Positions 21,040 to 31,079 of a stretch of DNA of 64,000 bases are shown one piece after another (positions within the stretch are counted from its first letter, which is position 1; each line of letters starts with the position of its first letter). The notes beneath the pieces were generated by a model. That model made no database searches, was not told where the DNA came from, and saw nothing but the letters and a program-made list of their open reading frames with translations. This DNA is from an uncultured Chloroflexia bacterium (lineage in GTDB: Bacteria > Chloroflexota > Limnocylindria > Limnocylindrales > CSP1-4): assembly GCA_963813335.1 (NCBI GenBank), contig CAWEYL010000003.1, forward strand, positions 512,001-576,000, in the 5' to 3' direction. Both the position numbers and the translations under genes were made by a program.

Positions 21040-23088
21040 CTACTCGCCCTCCGGGGTGCCGACCGCGACCGCGCGGCGGCGTCGTCGTTCCGGGCGGCCG
21101 TCCGCGCCGGTGGCCCGCTCGGCCTTCGCTGGCAGGTCCACGACCGCCCCGAGGTGCGGGAACGCGGCCGTCTTGTGGGGGAAGGCCATCGCCTCCACGA
21201 AGTGCTCCTGGAACCGCGGCTCGACCGCGGTCTCGATCTTCTCGACGCGCCGGACGACGCCCTCGATCTCGCGTCGGGCCGCGCCGGACAGCAGCGCGAT
21301 CAGCGCGCCGGTCCCGGCGGCATTGCCGGCGGAGCGGACGTCGGCAAGGTCGCAGTCGGGGACGAGCCCGAGGATCATCGCGTGGATGGGGTCGATCTGG
21401 CTGCCGAACGCGCCGGCGAGGCGGATCTCGTCCACCGCGTCGATCGCCAGCTGGTCCATCAGCAGCCGGACCCCGGCGTAGAGCGCGGCCTTGGCGAGCT
21501 GGATGGCGCGGACGTCGTTCTGGGTGATGACGATGCGCGGGCCGCCGGCGACGCCCTCGTGGAGGACGTATCCGGAGGTCCGGCCGTCCGCGACGATGCG
21601 CGGCGAGCGCGCGGCAAGCGTCCCGTCGACCACGCCGTCCTCGGTGATGACGCCGGCGAGGAACAGCTCCGCGACCACCTCGATGATGCCCGAGCCGCAG
21701 ATGCCGGTGATCCCGGTCTCGGTCACGCCGGCCGCGAAGCCCGGCTCGTCCGACCAGGCATCGACGCCGATGACCCGGAACCGCGGCTCGAGGGTCTCGC
21801 GGTCGATGCGGACGCGCTCGATGGCACCGGGCGCGGCGCGCTGCCCGCCCGAGATCTGGGCGCCCTCGAAGGCGGGGCCGGTCGGGCTCGATGCCGCAAG
21901 GAGCCGGCGCTTGTCGCCGAGGACGATCTCGGCGTTGGTGCCGACGTCGACGACCAGCGTCATCCGCTCGGCCCGGTGCGGCTGCTCGGCGAGGATCACC
22001 CCGGCCGTGTCCGCGCCGACGTGGCCGGCGATGCACGGGAGCAGGTAGACGCGGGCGCCCGGATGGGCGCGCAGTCCCAGCTCGGCGGTGGTGGTCTTCA
22101 CCGCGCGGTCCGTGGCCAGCGCGAACGGCGCGCCGCCGAGCGGCGTCGGGTCGATGCCCAGGACCAGGTGGTGCATGATCGGGTTGCCGACGATCGTCAG
22201 CTCGAGGATCTCGGCCCGCTTGATCCCGGCCCGCATCGCGAGGGTCGCGATCAGCCCGTCGAGCGCCTTGCGCACGGCCGCGGTCATCTCGCCGGCGCCC
22301 TCGGGATGCATCATCGCGTAGGAGACCCGGCTCATCAGGTCCTCGCCGAACCGGATCTGCGGGTTCATCACGCCGTTGCTCGCGAGGACCGCGCCGTCGG
22401 CGAGGTCGGCCAGGTGGCCGGCGATGGTGGTCGAGCCGACGTCGATGGCGACGCCATAGGCCTTGTCGTGGAGGCCCGGCCAGATGCCGATGACCTGGCG
22501 TCCCTCGTGGACCGCCACGGTGACGGCGTACCTGCCGGCCTCGAGCGCGGGCTGGAGCGCACGGACGACCTCGAGGTCCGCGTCGAGATCCGTCAGCTGC
22601 CACTCGCGCTCGAGCGCCTCGAACAGGCGCGCGAGGTCGCCGGTCGGCGACGCCAGCTCGGGCGGGACGACCTCGACGTAGTGGAGGCGGATGACCGGGT
22701 CCACGGTGAATGTCCGGACGTCGAGGCCCTTGCGGACCACCTGGCGGTGGACCTGGCTCTCGGGCGGGACGTCGACGAGGACGTCGCCGCAGAGCGTCGC
22801 GGCGCAGGACAGGCGGCGGTCGGCGGCCAGGCCCTTTTCCTCGCGGTAGGCCGTCTCGAGCGCCGCGAACGGCGACAGGTTGCCCGGCGCCGACGTGATG
22901 GCGTGCTTGGGGAACTCGCCGATGCCCTGGGTCACCTGGCAGCGGCCGCAGATGCCGCGGCCGCCGCAGACCGAGTCGATGTCGACGCCGAGCGAGCGCG
23001 CCGCGTCGAGGACCGTCGTCCCGGTCGGGAACCGCCCGCGGCGACCCGACGGCGTGAAGATGACGAGCGGCTCGGCCTCGGCCGTCAC
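21040..23088 (-). CDS. ATP-dependent reductive activator of corrinoid proteins (RACE/RamA, 2Fe-2S plus ASKHA)
   Basis: CGGRGICGRC, IDVGSTT, VDVGTNAE, GPAFEG, GICGSG and AGAFGS motifs. Confidence 0.9.
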   Translation of the reverse strand: MTAEAEPLVIFTPSGRRGRFPTGTTVLDAARSLGVDIDSVCGGRGICGRCQVTQGIGEFPKHAITSAPGNLSPFAALETAYREEKGLAADRRLSCAATLCGDVLVDVPPESQVHRQVVRKGLDVRTFTVDPVIRLHYVEVVPPELASPTGDLARLFEALEREWQLTDLDADLEVVRALQPALEAGRYAVTVAVHEGRQVIGIWPGLHDKAYGVAIDVGSTTIAGHLADLADGAVLASNGVMNPQIRFGEDLMSRVSYAMMHPEGAGEMTAAVRKALDGLIATLAMRAGIKRAEILELTIVGNPIMHHLVLGIDPTPLGGAPFALATDRAVKTTTAELGLRAHPGARVYLLPCIAGHVGADTAGVILAEQPHRAERMTLVVDVGTNAEIVLGDKRRLLAASSPTGPAFEGAQISGGQRAAPGAIERVRIDRETLEPRFRVIGVDAWSDEPGFAAGVTETGITGICGSGIIEVVAELFLAGVITEDGVVDGTLAARSPRIVADGRTSGYVLHEGVAGGPRIVITQNDVRAIQLAKAALYAGVRLLMDQLAIDAVDEIRLAGAFGSQIDPIHAMILGLVPDCDLADVRSAGNAAGTGALIALLSGAARREIEGVVRRVEKIETAVEPRFQEHFVEAMAFPHKTAAFPHLGAVVDLPAKAERATGADGRPERRRRRAVAVGTPEGE

Positions 23089-23101
23089 GGCGGTCGGCGC
23101 C

Positions 23102-24005
23102 TCAGCCCGCCGCGACCGCGCGCCGGTTGACGCGTCGGCGGCCGACCTCGCCCTCGGGCACGGCCGGGCGATGGGCGAGGATCCAGCGGCCGCAGTCGGG
23201 GTCGTGGCCCATCAGCACGTCGGCGGCCATGACCGAGGCCTTGACCTCGGGCATCAGCGGGTTGGTGATCGCCGAGGTCATGCCGCTGGCGATGGCCATC
23301 GGCAGGAAGGCGGCGTTGATGCCCTCGCGCTGGGGCAGCCCGAAGCTGACGTTCGAGGCGCCGCAGGTCGTGTTGACGCCGAGCTCCTCGCGCAGGCGGC
23401 GGACGAGCGTGAAGACCTGGCGGCCCGCCTCGGCGAGCGCGCCGATGGGCATGACCAGCGGGTCGACGACGATGTCCGAGGCGCGGGATGCCGTGGTCCG
23501 CGGCACGCTCGACGATGCGCTTCGCGACGGCGAAGCGGACGTCCGGGTCCATGCTGATCCCGGTGTCGTCGTTGCTGATCGCGACGACCGCGGCGCCGTA
23601 CTTGCGGACCAGCGGCAGGACGCGCTCGAGGCGCTCCTCCTCGCCGGTCACGGAGTTGACCAGCGGCTTGCCCTGGTAGACGGCGAGCCCGGCCTCGAGC
23701 GCCTCGACGATCGACGAGTCGATCGACAGCGGCAGGTCGGTCAGCGACTGGACGAGCTGGATGGTCTTCGCGAGGATCGCCGGCTCGTCGGCCAGCGGGA
23801 TCCCGGCGTTGACGTCGAGCATGTGGGCGCCGGCCTCGACCTGGGCGAGCACGTCGCGCTCGACCCGGCTGAAGTCGCCGGCCTTCATCTCCTCGGCCAG
23901 GAGCTTGCGGCCGGTCGGGTTGATGCGCTCGCCGATGATCACGAACGGCCGGTCGAAGCCGATGACGACCTCGCGAGTCGCCGAGGACAGGACGGTGTCG
24001 GTCAC
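23102..24005 (-). CDS. Pterin-binding methylcorrinoid:THF methyltransferase (frameshift near 23485)
   Basis: IIGERINPTGRK, LDVNAG, SIDSS, DPLVMP and GASNVSFGLP motifs. Confidence 0.88.
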
Positions 24006-24358
24006 TGGGCCATCTCCGACTTGCGCGGGATCGGCGTCTCGTGGGCCGGCGGCAGCACGGGTCCGCCGGAGACACCGCCGCTCTGGATCAGCTCGGCCAG
24101 GTGGTGCTTGTCGAAGGCGGCCTCGAGGCGCTCCGCCTCGGCGCTCACCTCGGCCTCGATGTCGTCGCCGCAGCGCCGCTGCTCGCGGCGCCACTCCTCG
24201 ATGTAGTCGTTGTAGGCGCTCTTGCCGGCGCGCGCGGCGGCCTTGTCGATGGCGACCTGGAAGCGCGGGTGGAGGACCTGCTTGCTCTGGCGCCGGCCCT
24301 CGCGGGCGAGCACCTGCGCTGGGATGTCGCGCCACCAGATCACGGTCATGACGCCCAT
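24002..24358 (-). CDS. PF13769 'virulence factor' family protein, corrinoid-system associated
   Basis: WRDIPAQV...FQVAIDKAA...YIEEWR motif and gene context. Confidence 0.8.
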   Translation of the reverse strand: MGVMTVIWWRDIPAQVLAREGRRQSKQVLHPRFQVAIDKAAARAGKSAYNDYIEEWRREQRRCGDDIEAEVSAEAERLEAAFDKHHLAELIQSGGVSGGPVLPPAHETPIPRKSEMAQ

Positions 24359-24365
24359 GGCGGCC

Positions 24366-24957
24366 TCAGGCGACCGCGCGACGGATGGTCGGGGTCAGCT
24401 CGCCGTAGCCGGTCGAGCGGCGCTCGAAGGCGAGCCCGAGTCGCGTGGCGGCGGCCTCGGCCTTCGCGGTCAGCTCCGGGTCGTCGGTCTGGGCGAGGTA
24501 GACCAGCCGGCGGTAGCTCCCGAAGTAGTCGGGCAGCAGCTCCGGATGGCGGTCGAGCCCGAGGCCCGCGAGCACGATGGTCTCGAACTGGCGGGCCAGG
24601 AAATCAGTCAGGTAGAACGTGCCGAGCTCCTCGTCCTGCATCGCCGCGAAGGCGGCCGAGCCGGCATAGAACTCGTAGCAGTGGGCGCCGGCGATGCGCT
24701 CCACGCCCTCGCGCTCGATCACCGCGTCGAGCGCGCCGCCGGTCCCGCAGTCGGCGTAGGCGACGAACAGGCGGATGTCGGGGCCGTAGGTCCGGCGCGT
24801 CTCGGCGATGCGGGCGGCGACCGCGTCGGCGATCAGCGCCGGGCGCATGTGCAGGCGGGCGTCGATGCAGACGACCTTGACCGCGGGCAGGTCCCGGGTC
24901 AGCGCGAGGAGCTCGCGCGCGAGCGCGCCACAGCCGATGACGACGACGCGCGGTGTC

Positions 24958-24974
<17 letters not shown>
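24366..24974 (-). CDS. DUF1638 protein
   Basis: IGCGAL, YADCGTGG, HCYEFY, FYLTDF and RLVYLAQ motifs. Confidence 0.85.
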
Positions 24975-25659
<685 letters not shown>

Positions 25660-25710
25660 CGGGATCCGTCGCTCCGTGTCGTCGTGCCTGCGTCGCGTGG
25701 CGTGGTGCGT

Positions 25711-25747
25711 GGTTCCACGATGTGGAACCGTACCGTATGATGGAACC
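25711..25747. promoter_or_regulatory. Tandem IclR-type operator sites
   Basis: Palindrome GGTTCCAC-GAT-GTGGAACC, then a degenerate copy GTACCGT-ATG-ATGGAAC overlapping TATGAT. Confidence 0.7.
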
Positions 25748-25778
25748 GCGACCCGGAATCTAGCCGACAGGGAGGCCC

Positions 25779-26529
25779 ATGTCCAGCGTCCAGGCCATCA
25801 GGCGGGCCTTCGACGTGCTCAGCGCGCTCGCGGCCGGCCCGCTCGGGGTCACCGAGGTCGCGGATCGCTCCGGCCTGCCCAAGTCGACGGCGGCGCGGAT
25901 GCTCGCGACGCTGGTCCACGAGGGCGCCGTCGAGCAGGTGCCGGGCGACTCGCGCTACCGGCTCGGGCCGCGCATGGCGACGCTGGCCGCGGGGCTGACG
26001 CCGGCCCGCTCGCTGGCCGCGGTGGCGCATGCCTCGCTGGCGGCCCTGGCCGCGTCGGCCGGCGAGGCCGCCGGCCTGTCGGTCCCGGACGGCGACCTCG
26101 TCCACTACATCGACCAGGTGGACACGCCCGAACCCGGTCTCGGTCCGCGACTGGACCGGCAGCCGGGTCCCGCTGCACGCCGTCTCCTCCGGCCAGGTGC
26201 TGCTGGCGTTCCGGCCGCCCGGCGCCATCGAGCGCTACCTCGAGCGGCCGCTGGAACGGTTCACGCCGCGGACCGTCGTGGATCCCGACGCGCTCCGCGA
26301 GCGGCTGCGGGCCATCCGTCGCGACGGATACGCCTGGGTCCTCGAGGAGTTCGACGAGGGGATCGCGTCGGTGGCCGCGCCGATCGCGGACGGGTCCGGC
26401 GAGGTCATCGCCGCGGTCCACCTCCACGGGCCGTCGTACCGCTTCCCCGCGGACGGGGCGGCCGAGGTGATCGCCGAGGCCGTGGTCGGTGCCGCGGCCC
26501 GGATCGCGAAGGATCTGCGACGGACGTAG
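25779..26529 (+). CDS. IclR family regulator (frameshift near 26125)
   Basis: HTH GLPKSTAAR; effector domain VPLHAVSSGQ, GYA, SVAAPI. Confidence 0.9.
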
Positions 26530-26601
26530 CAGCGGGAAGTGGCGCCGGCGTCCCGACGACGGGGAGTGGGGCCGTGGACATGACGACGGGGAGTCGCGCC
26601 G

Positions 26602-26876
26602 CCGGCCGGCCGGGCCGCGATGCCGGCTGTCGAGCGACCCGGCATGACGCTCATCCACAGAACGCTATGGCCGATGCATGGCGGATCCTCGGCCTGGGGG
26701 ACCCGTTCGGTCGACCATCGGACTCGTGCCTGAGCACGAGATCGGCTGCTCAGCCGGCCGATCGGCGTGTCCACCCGACCGGTCAGGCCCTCCGAGGACG
26801 TCCGACCGGCCATTACGTTCTGTCCATGGTCGTTGTGCCGGGTCGCGGCTCCACCGGGCATCGCGGCACCGACCGG
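26602..26876 (+). ncRNA. Long rod-like structured RNA candidate
   Basis: About eight nested helices (up to 16 bp), G-U pairs on the + strand and two apical hairpins. Confidence 0.45.
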
Positions 26877-27040
26877 GCAACGCCCCGCCTCCGCCCGCCC
26901 GCGCCCGCCACGGGCCTACGGATCGAGCCTTCATCCCCTCTTCATGGCCCGCCGGCATCCTGTGGCCACGCCGCGAACCCACGCGGCCCAGCAGTCCGTC
27001 CCCGTGCTCACCGCGGGGCTCTGGTAGGAAGGAGTTCGTC

Positions 27041-27586
27041 TTGGCGAACCACCGACGCCGCTCGCTCGCCGGCAGCCTGCTCGTCCTGAGCGGACTGACC
27101 GCCGCCCTCGTCGCCCCGGCGGCCACCTTCGCCGCCTCGCCCGACGCAACACCCGCCACGACCAACTGCAGCGAGACCCACTGGCCCGTCTCCGTGCAGG
27201 GCGTGCCGCTGACCCTCAAGGCGGGCGCGCGGGCCGGCGACTACATCTGGCACAGCTCGACCGGGTGGCACCTGCGCGTGACCCATCCCGGGTCGGCGAA
27301 GGTCACGTTCACCGGTCGCATCGTCTCGAGCGCGCCCATGACCTTCAAGCCGGCACGACTCGAGAAGGGCGACACGATCACCCTGAGCGCCGACAAGAAG
27401 ACGCTGACCTACAAGTTCTACAACTACGGCAAGATCGACGGCATCGACTTCAAGACCGCGTGCGCCCAGCGGCTGCGGTTCTCGGCCTCGATCAACGGCA
27501 ACAAGCTCGCGACGAGCCGGATCATGCTCGGCACGCATGGGCGGCACCCGCTCGAGAACCCGTTCGTGGTCATCAAGATCGTCTGA
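27041..27586 (+). CDS. Secreted hypothetical protein
   Basis: AAGGAG RBS, TTG start, signal peptide, beta-rich mature part (YIWHSSTGWHLRVT). Confidence 0.75.
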   Translation: MANHRRRSLAGSLLVLSGLTAALVAPAATFAASPDATPATTNCSETHWPVSVQGVPLTLKAGARAGDYIWHSSTGWHLRVTHPGSAKVTFTGRIVSSAPMTFKPARLEKGDTITLSADKKTLTYKFYNYGKIDGIDFKTACAQRLRFSASINGNKLATSRIMLGTHGRHPLENPFVVIKIV

Positions 27587-27608
27587 TCGAGACCCATCCC
27601 GGGGACAG

Positions 27609-27636
27609 CGGCGGCGGTCGGCGACGACCGCCGCCG
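27609..27636. terminator. Hairpin between convergent genes
   Basis: CGGCGGCGGTCG-GCGA-CGACCGCCGCCG followed by TTCCTT. Confidence 0.55.
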
Positions 27637-27644
27637 TTCCTTGT

Positions 27645-28367
27645 CTAGGACGTGGTGACCGGCGCGCCCCGCCCCGGCGCCTCGAGCGGCGTCATGCGGT
27701 GCTCGGCGATCAGCGTCTGGGCGTCGAACTGGCCGCGGCCCAGGACGAACCAGATCGCGGTGACCGGCACCTCGCCGATGTTGGCGAGGCGGTGCGGGAT
27801 CGACGAGTCGATCGAGATCGCGTCGCCGGGCCTCAGCACGTACTCCTCGAAGCCGATGCGCACCTGGAGCGACCCGGTCAGGACGTAGCCCCACTCATGG
27901 CCGGCGTGGCGCTGGTAGGCGTCCTCCGGGCTCGACGCGCCGCCGACCTCGTAGGTCACGTGCAGGAACTCGATGCCGGGCTCCGACATCGTCGTCAGGC
28001 GCTCCCATTCCACGCCGGACGCGAGGCGGATGCGGTGCCGGTCGACGGCATGCTGGACCGGCGCCCCGGGCGCCATCGTGCCGACCGTCCCGGGCTGCGC
28101 CGGCACCGGCGCGGCCTCGGCCGGGCGCCGGTCGTTGAACAGCAGCTCGTCGAGCGAGACGTCGAGCTCCCCGGCGATCGCGTACAGCGTGCTGACCGAC
28201 GGGTTCGCGCGGCCGGTCTCGATCTGCGAGATCAGGCTCGGGGAGACGCCGAGGCGGTCGGCCAGCTCGCGCAGGCTGAGCCCGCGTCCGCGCCGCGCCT
28301 CGCGCAGGGCGTCGCCCATCTCCGGGTAGTCCAGCTTGCCGTTCCGTGGAGTTCGAGCCGTGGCCAA
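27645..28367 (-). CDS. XRE-HTH plus cupin regulator
   Basis: SLRELA...SQIETGRANPSVSTL; cupin HAGHEWGYVL...PH. Confidence 0.9.
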   Translation of the reverse strand: MATARTPRNGKLDYPEMGDALREARRGRGLSLRELADRLGVSPSLISQIETGRANPSVSTLYAIAGELDVSLDELLFNDRRPAEAAPVPAQPGTVGTMAPGAPVQHAVDRHRIRLASGVEWERLTTMSEPGIEFLHVTYEVGGASSPEDAYQRHAGHEWGYVLTGSLQVRIGFEEYVLRPGDAISIDSSIPHRLANIGEVPVTAIWFVLGRGQFDAQTLIAEHRMTPLEAPGRGAPVTTS

Positions 28368-28452
28368 GCGCCTGCGTCCTTCGGTCGTGCCTGGGGCCTG
28401 ATGGTCCTGATTATCGGCGTCGGCGGGACGACCCGCCGATCGGCTCGGTGGC

Positions 28453-29157
28453 CTAGCGACAGTGCCACCCTCCGTCGACGATGAGGTCGACGCCGTTCAC
28501 CCCGGTGTTCTCGAGCAGGAACACGGTGGCGTCGACGATCTCGGCCATCGTGGTCAGCCGCTCGATCGGCGTCTCCGAGGTGTATCGCGCGATGGCCGCC
28601 GGCTTCTCGGACCAGTACGGGCTGTCCCCGACGACGCCGGGATGGATGGAGTTGACCCGGCGCGGCTTGAGCTCCTCGACGAGCGTCCGCGTCAGCCCCA
28701 CGACCCCGCCGTTGACGGTCGTGACGGTGGTCGAGCCCGGATACGGCCGCTCCTTGGCCATCCCGCCGAAGAGCACGAGCGAGGCGTCGTCGGTGAGCCG
28801 GTCGCGCAGGGCGTGGACGACCTCGGTGTAGCCCACCAGCTTCAGCGTGACGAGGCGGATCGCGCGGACGAGGTCGTAGTCGGCGACGGTGTTCTGGTCG
28901 CGGTCGATGGCGGCGAGGACGAGCCGGCGGACCGGCCCGACGCCGGCGAGGGCCGGTCCGATCGACGTCGGCTCGGCGAGGTCGAAGGCGAGCCCGGTGG
29001 TCGCGCCGCCGACCTCGGCGACCGCGGCCGCGACGTTCGCCGGATCCTGCCCGGTCAGGACGACCGTGCCGCCCTTCGATGCGTAGTGCCGCGCGATCTC
29101 CTGCCCGATCGCCCGGGTGCCCCCGACGACGACCACCGCTCCTGCAGCCTCGTTCAC
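28453..29157 (-). CDS. Atypical SDR oxidoreductase
   Basis: VVGGTRAIG Rossmann motif and RVNSIHPG; no YxxxK at the expected position. Confidence 0.8.
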   Translation of the reverse strand: MNEAAGAVVVVGGTRAIGQEIARHYASKGGTVVLTGQDPANVAAAVAEVGGATTGLAFDLAEPTSIGPALAGVGPVRRLVLAAIDRDQNTVADYDLVRAIRLVTLKLVGYTEVVHALRDRLTDDASLVLFGGMAKERPYPGSTTVTTVNGGVVGLTRTLVEELKPRRVNSIHPGVVGDSPYWSEKPAAIARYTSETPIERLTTMAEIVDATVFLLENTGVNGVDLIVDGGWHCR

Positions 29158-30077
29158 GATCGCTCCTCCGTTCTGCTGGTCTCGTAGCGCTCCCAGTCGC
29201 GGATCCAGCGATAGGAGTGGCGCGCCGGCGGCTGCGGGGCCTGGGTCTCGATCCAGCGGACCCGTTCGTCGCCGGTGTTGTAGAAGCCGTGGACCGCGCC
29301 CACGCCGGCGAACGCGACGTCGCCGGGCCGGAACACGTAGTGCTGGCCCTCGAACTCGCCCTCGATCTCGCCGGCGAGGAAGACGTACGCCTCCTCGAAC
29401 GGGTGGTCGTGCGCCTGGGCGGCGCCGCCCAGCTCGTAGTCGACGGTGAACATCGTCACGTGGTCCGCGCCGGACTGGTGGTCGACCAGCATCTTCACCG
29501 AGATCCCGCTGTAGACCACGAGCGCGGTGTCCCGCCCGGCCGACGCGCGGCCGCGCGCCTCGTCCTTGACGCGCAAGCGTCTCGAGCTGGGGGCCGGTCC
29601 CGTCGTAGTGGCCGACCAGCCGGAGGGTCGGGTCGCCGAAGGGCGGCCGTTTCGCGGCCGCGTCCATCGCGGCCAGGTCCTGGGCCGGCTCGAAGAAGGT
29701 GTCCTTCCGCCCGGCGTCCGGCGGCAGCCGCTGCGGCGATGCCAGCGACAGCATCCGGACCGGCGTCGCGTGCTGCTGTTCCCGAGCGCGTGGCGGTAGC
29801 CGGTCGGCATCAGGGCGTAGTCGCCCGGGACGAGGCGATGGAACGCGCCGGCGATCTCGAGCAGCAGCTCGCCCTCGAGGATGTAGAGCGTCTCCTCGAA
29901 GCTGTGGACGTGCGGGGCGAGCCAGCCGCCGGGCAGGATGGCGACCGCCGCGAGGTCCGTGTGGACCGCGCCCTGCGCCCGGCCGACGAGGGGGGCGCGG
30001 GCGAGCCCCGACGAGGTGGCGCTGGCGGGAGCCGGATGGTCGACGAACGACCAGTCGATGCGACCGACGGAATGCAT
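29154..30077 (-). CDS. Bicupin protein (two frameshifts)
   Basis: Two cupin motifs: HVHSFEETLYILEGE...H and HDHPFEEAYVFLAGE...H. Confidence 0.8.
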   Translation of the reverse strand: MHSVGRIDWSFVDHPAPASATSSGLARAPLVGRAQGAVHTDLAAVAILPGGWLAPHVHSFEETLYILEGELLLEIAGAFHRLVPGDYALMPTGYRHALGNSSTRRRSGCCRWHRRSGCRRTPGGRTPSSSRPRTWPRWTRPRNGRPSATRPSGWSATTTGPAPSSRRLRVKDEARGRASAGRDTALVVYSGISVKMLVDHQSGADHVTMFTVDYELGGAAQAHDHPFEEAYVFLAGEIEGEFEGQHYVFRPGDVAFAGVGAVHGFYNTGDERVRWIETQAPQPPARHSYRWIRDWERYETSRTEERS

Positions 30078-30098
30078 GGGTCCTGCTGGCTGGCTCCG

Positions 30099-31079
30099 CT
30101 ACTCGAACCGTCGCGACCAGGCGTCGACGCCGACGGCCAGGAGCAGGATGACACCGAGCGTGACCTGCTGGTAGAACGGGTCGAGCCCGAGCAGGTTGAA
30201 GCCGTTGGCGATGAGGGCGACGAACAGGCAGCCGAGGACCGTCCGACCGATCGTCCCCTCGCCGCCGAGGATGCTCGTGCCGCCGACGATGATGCCGGTC
30301 AGGACGGTGAAGGTCAGGAACTGGCCGCTGCTGGCCTGGGCGCTGAGCACCCGCGACGCGTCGAGGATCCCGGCCATGGCCGCGGCCGTGCCGCTCAGCG
30401 CGAAGGTCGCGACCCGGATGGCGTCGACCCGGACACCCCCGAGCCGCGCGGCCTGGGCGTTGCCGCCCGTCGCGTAGACATAGCGGCCGAACGTGGTCCG
30501 GCTCAGGAGGATGAAGGCGAGGACCGCGATGATGATCATCATCCAGGCGCCGCTCGTGATGCCCAGGATCTTGGTGGCCGCGAACGCCTGGAAGTCGAGG
30601 CGGTCGAGGGCGACGACGAGGTTGCCCTTGGTCACGATCGCCGCGATCCCGCTCACGACGAAGGTCATCGCCAGGGTCCCGATGAGGGGATTGATCCGGA
30701 ACCGGGTGACGATGATCCCGTTCGCGAGGCCGACGGCCAGGCCGACCGCCAGGCCGGCCAGGATCCCCACGGGCGCGGAGACCGCGGTCGCGGTCTGGAG
30801 CGACACGGCGGCCGCGAGCCCGTAGATCGCCCCGATCGAGAGGTCGATGCCACCGGCGATCAGCACGAAGGTGCCGGCGCAGGCCACGATGATGATCCCG
30901 GCCTGCTGGTCGAGGATGTTGGTGAGGTTGGCGACCTTCAGGAACGGCGGCGAGATGATCGCCAGCACGACGAACGCGATCAGGAACGGGATGAGGATCC
31001 CGGCCCGGCCGACGACCCGCCCGAGGCGCTGCGACAGCGGGGCGTCAGGCTGGCTGGCGGGCACCGCCTCCGTGCTCAT
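30099..31079 (-). CDS. Sugar-type (RbsC-like) ABC permease
   Basis: GGIDLSIG, FGRYVYATGGN and GGTSILGGEG motifs. Confidence 0.9.
   Translation of the reverse strand: MSTEAVPASQPDAPLSQRLGRVVGRAGILIPFLIAFVVLAIISPPFLKVANLTNILDQQAGIIIVACAGTFVLIAGGIDLSIGAIYGLAAAVSLQTATAVSAPVGILAGLAVGLAVGLANGIIVTRFRINPLIGTLAMTFVVSGIAAIVTKGNLVVALDRLDFQAFAATKILGITSGAWMMIIIAVLAFILLSRTTFGRYVYATGGNAQAARLGGVRVDAIRVATFALSGTAAAMAGILDASRVLSAQASSGQFLTFTVLTGIIVGGTSILGGEGTIGRTVLGCLFVALIANGFNLLGLDPFYQQVTLGVILLLAVGVDAWSRRFE

Noticed and set aside
18480-21527. Very long antisense ORFs (also 31190-33994, 41513-44584, 51217-54471, 62101-63939)
   Set aside because: Shadow ORFs of real genes in high-GC DNA, Arg/Pro-rich and without motifs.
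24002-24358. Virulence role implied by the Pfam family name
   Set aside because: Gene context indicates a corrinoid methyltransferase accessory role.
25660-25778. Cobalamin riboswitch before the corrinoid operon
   Set aside because: The region is short, has no B12 box and is occupied by IclR-type operators.
26690-26790. SRP RNA
   Set aside because: The CAGG...GNRA...AGCAG helix-8 arrangement is not present in the right order on either strand.
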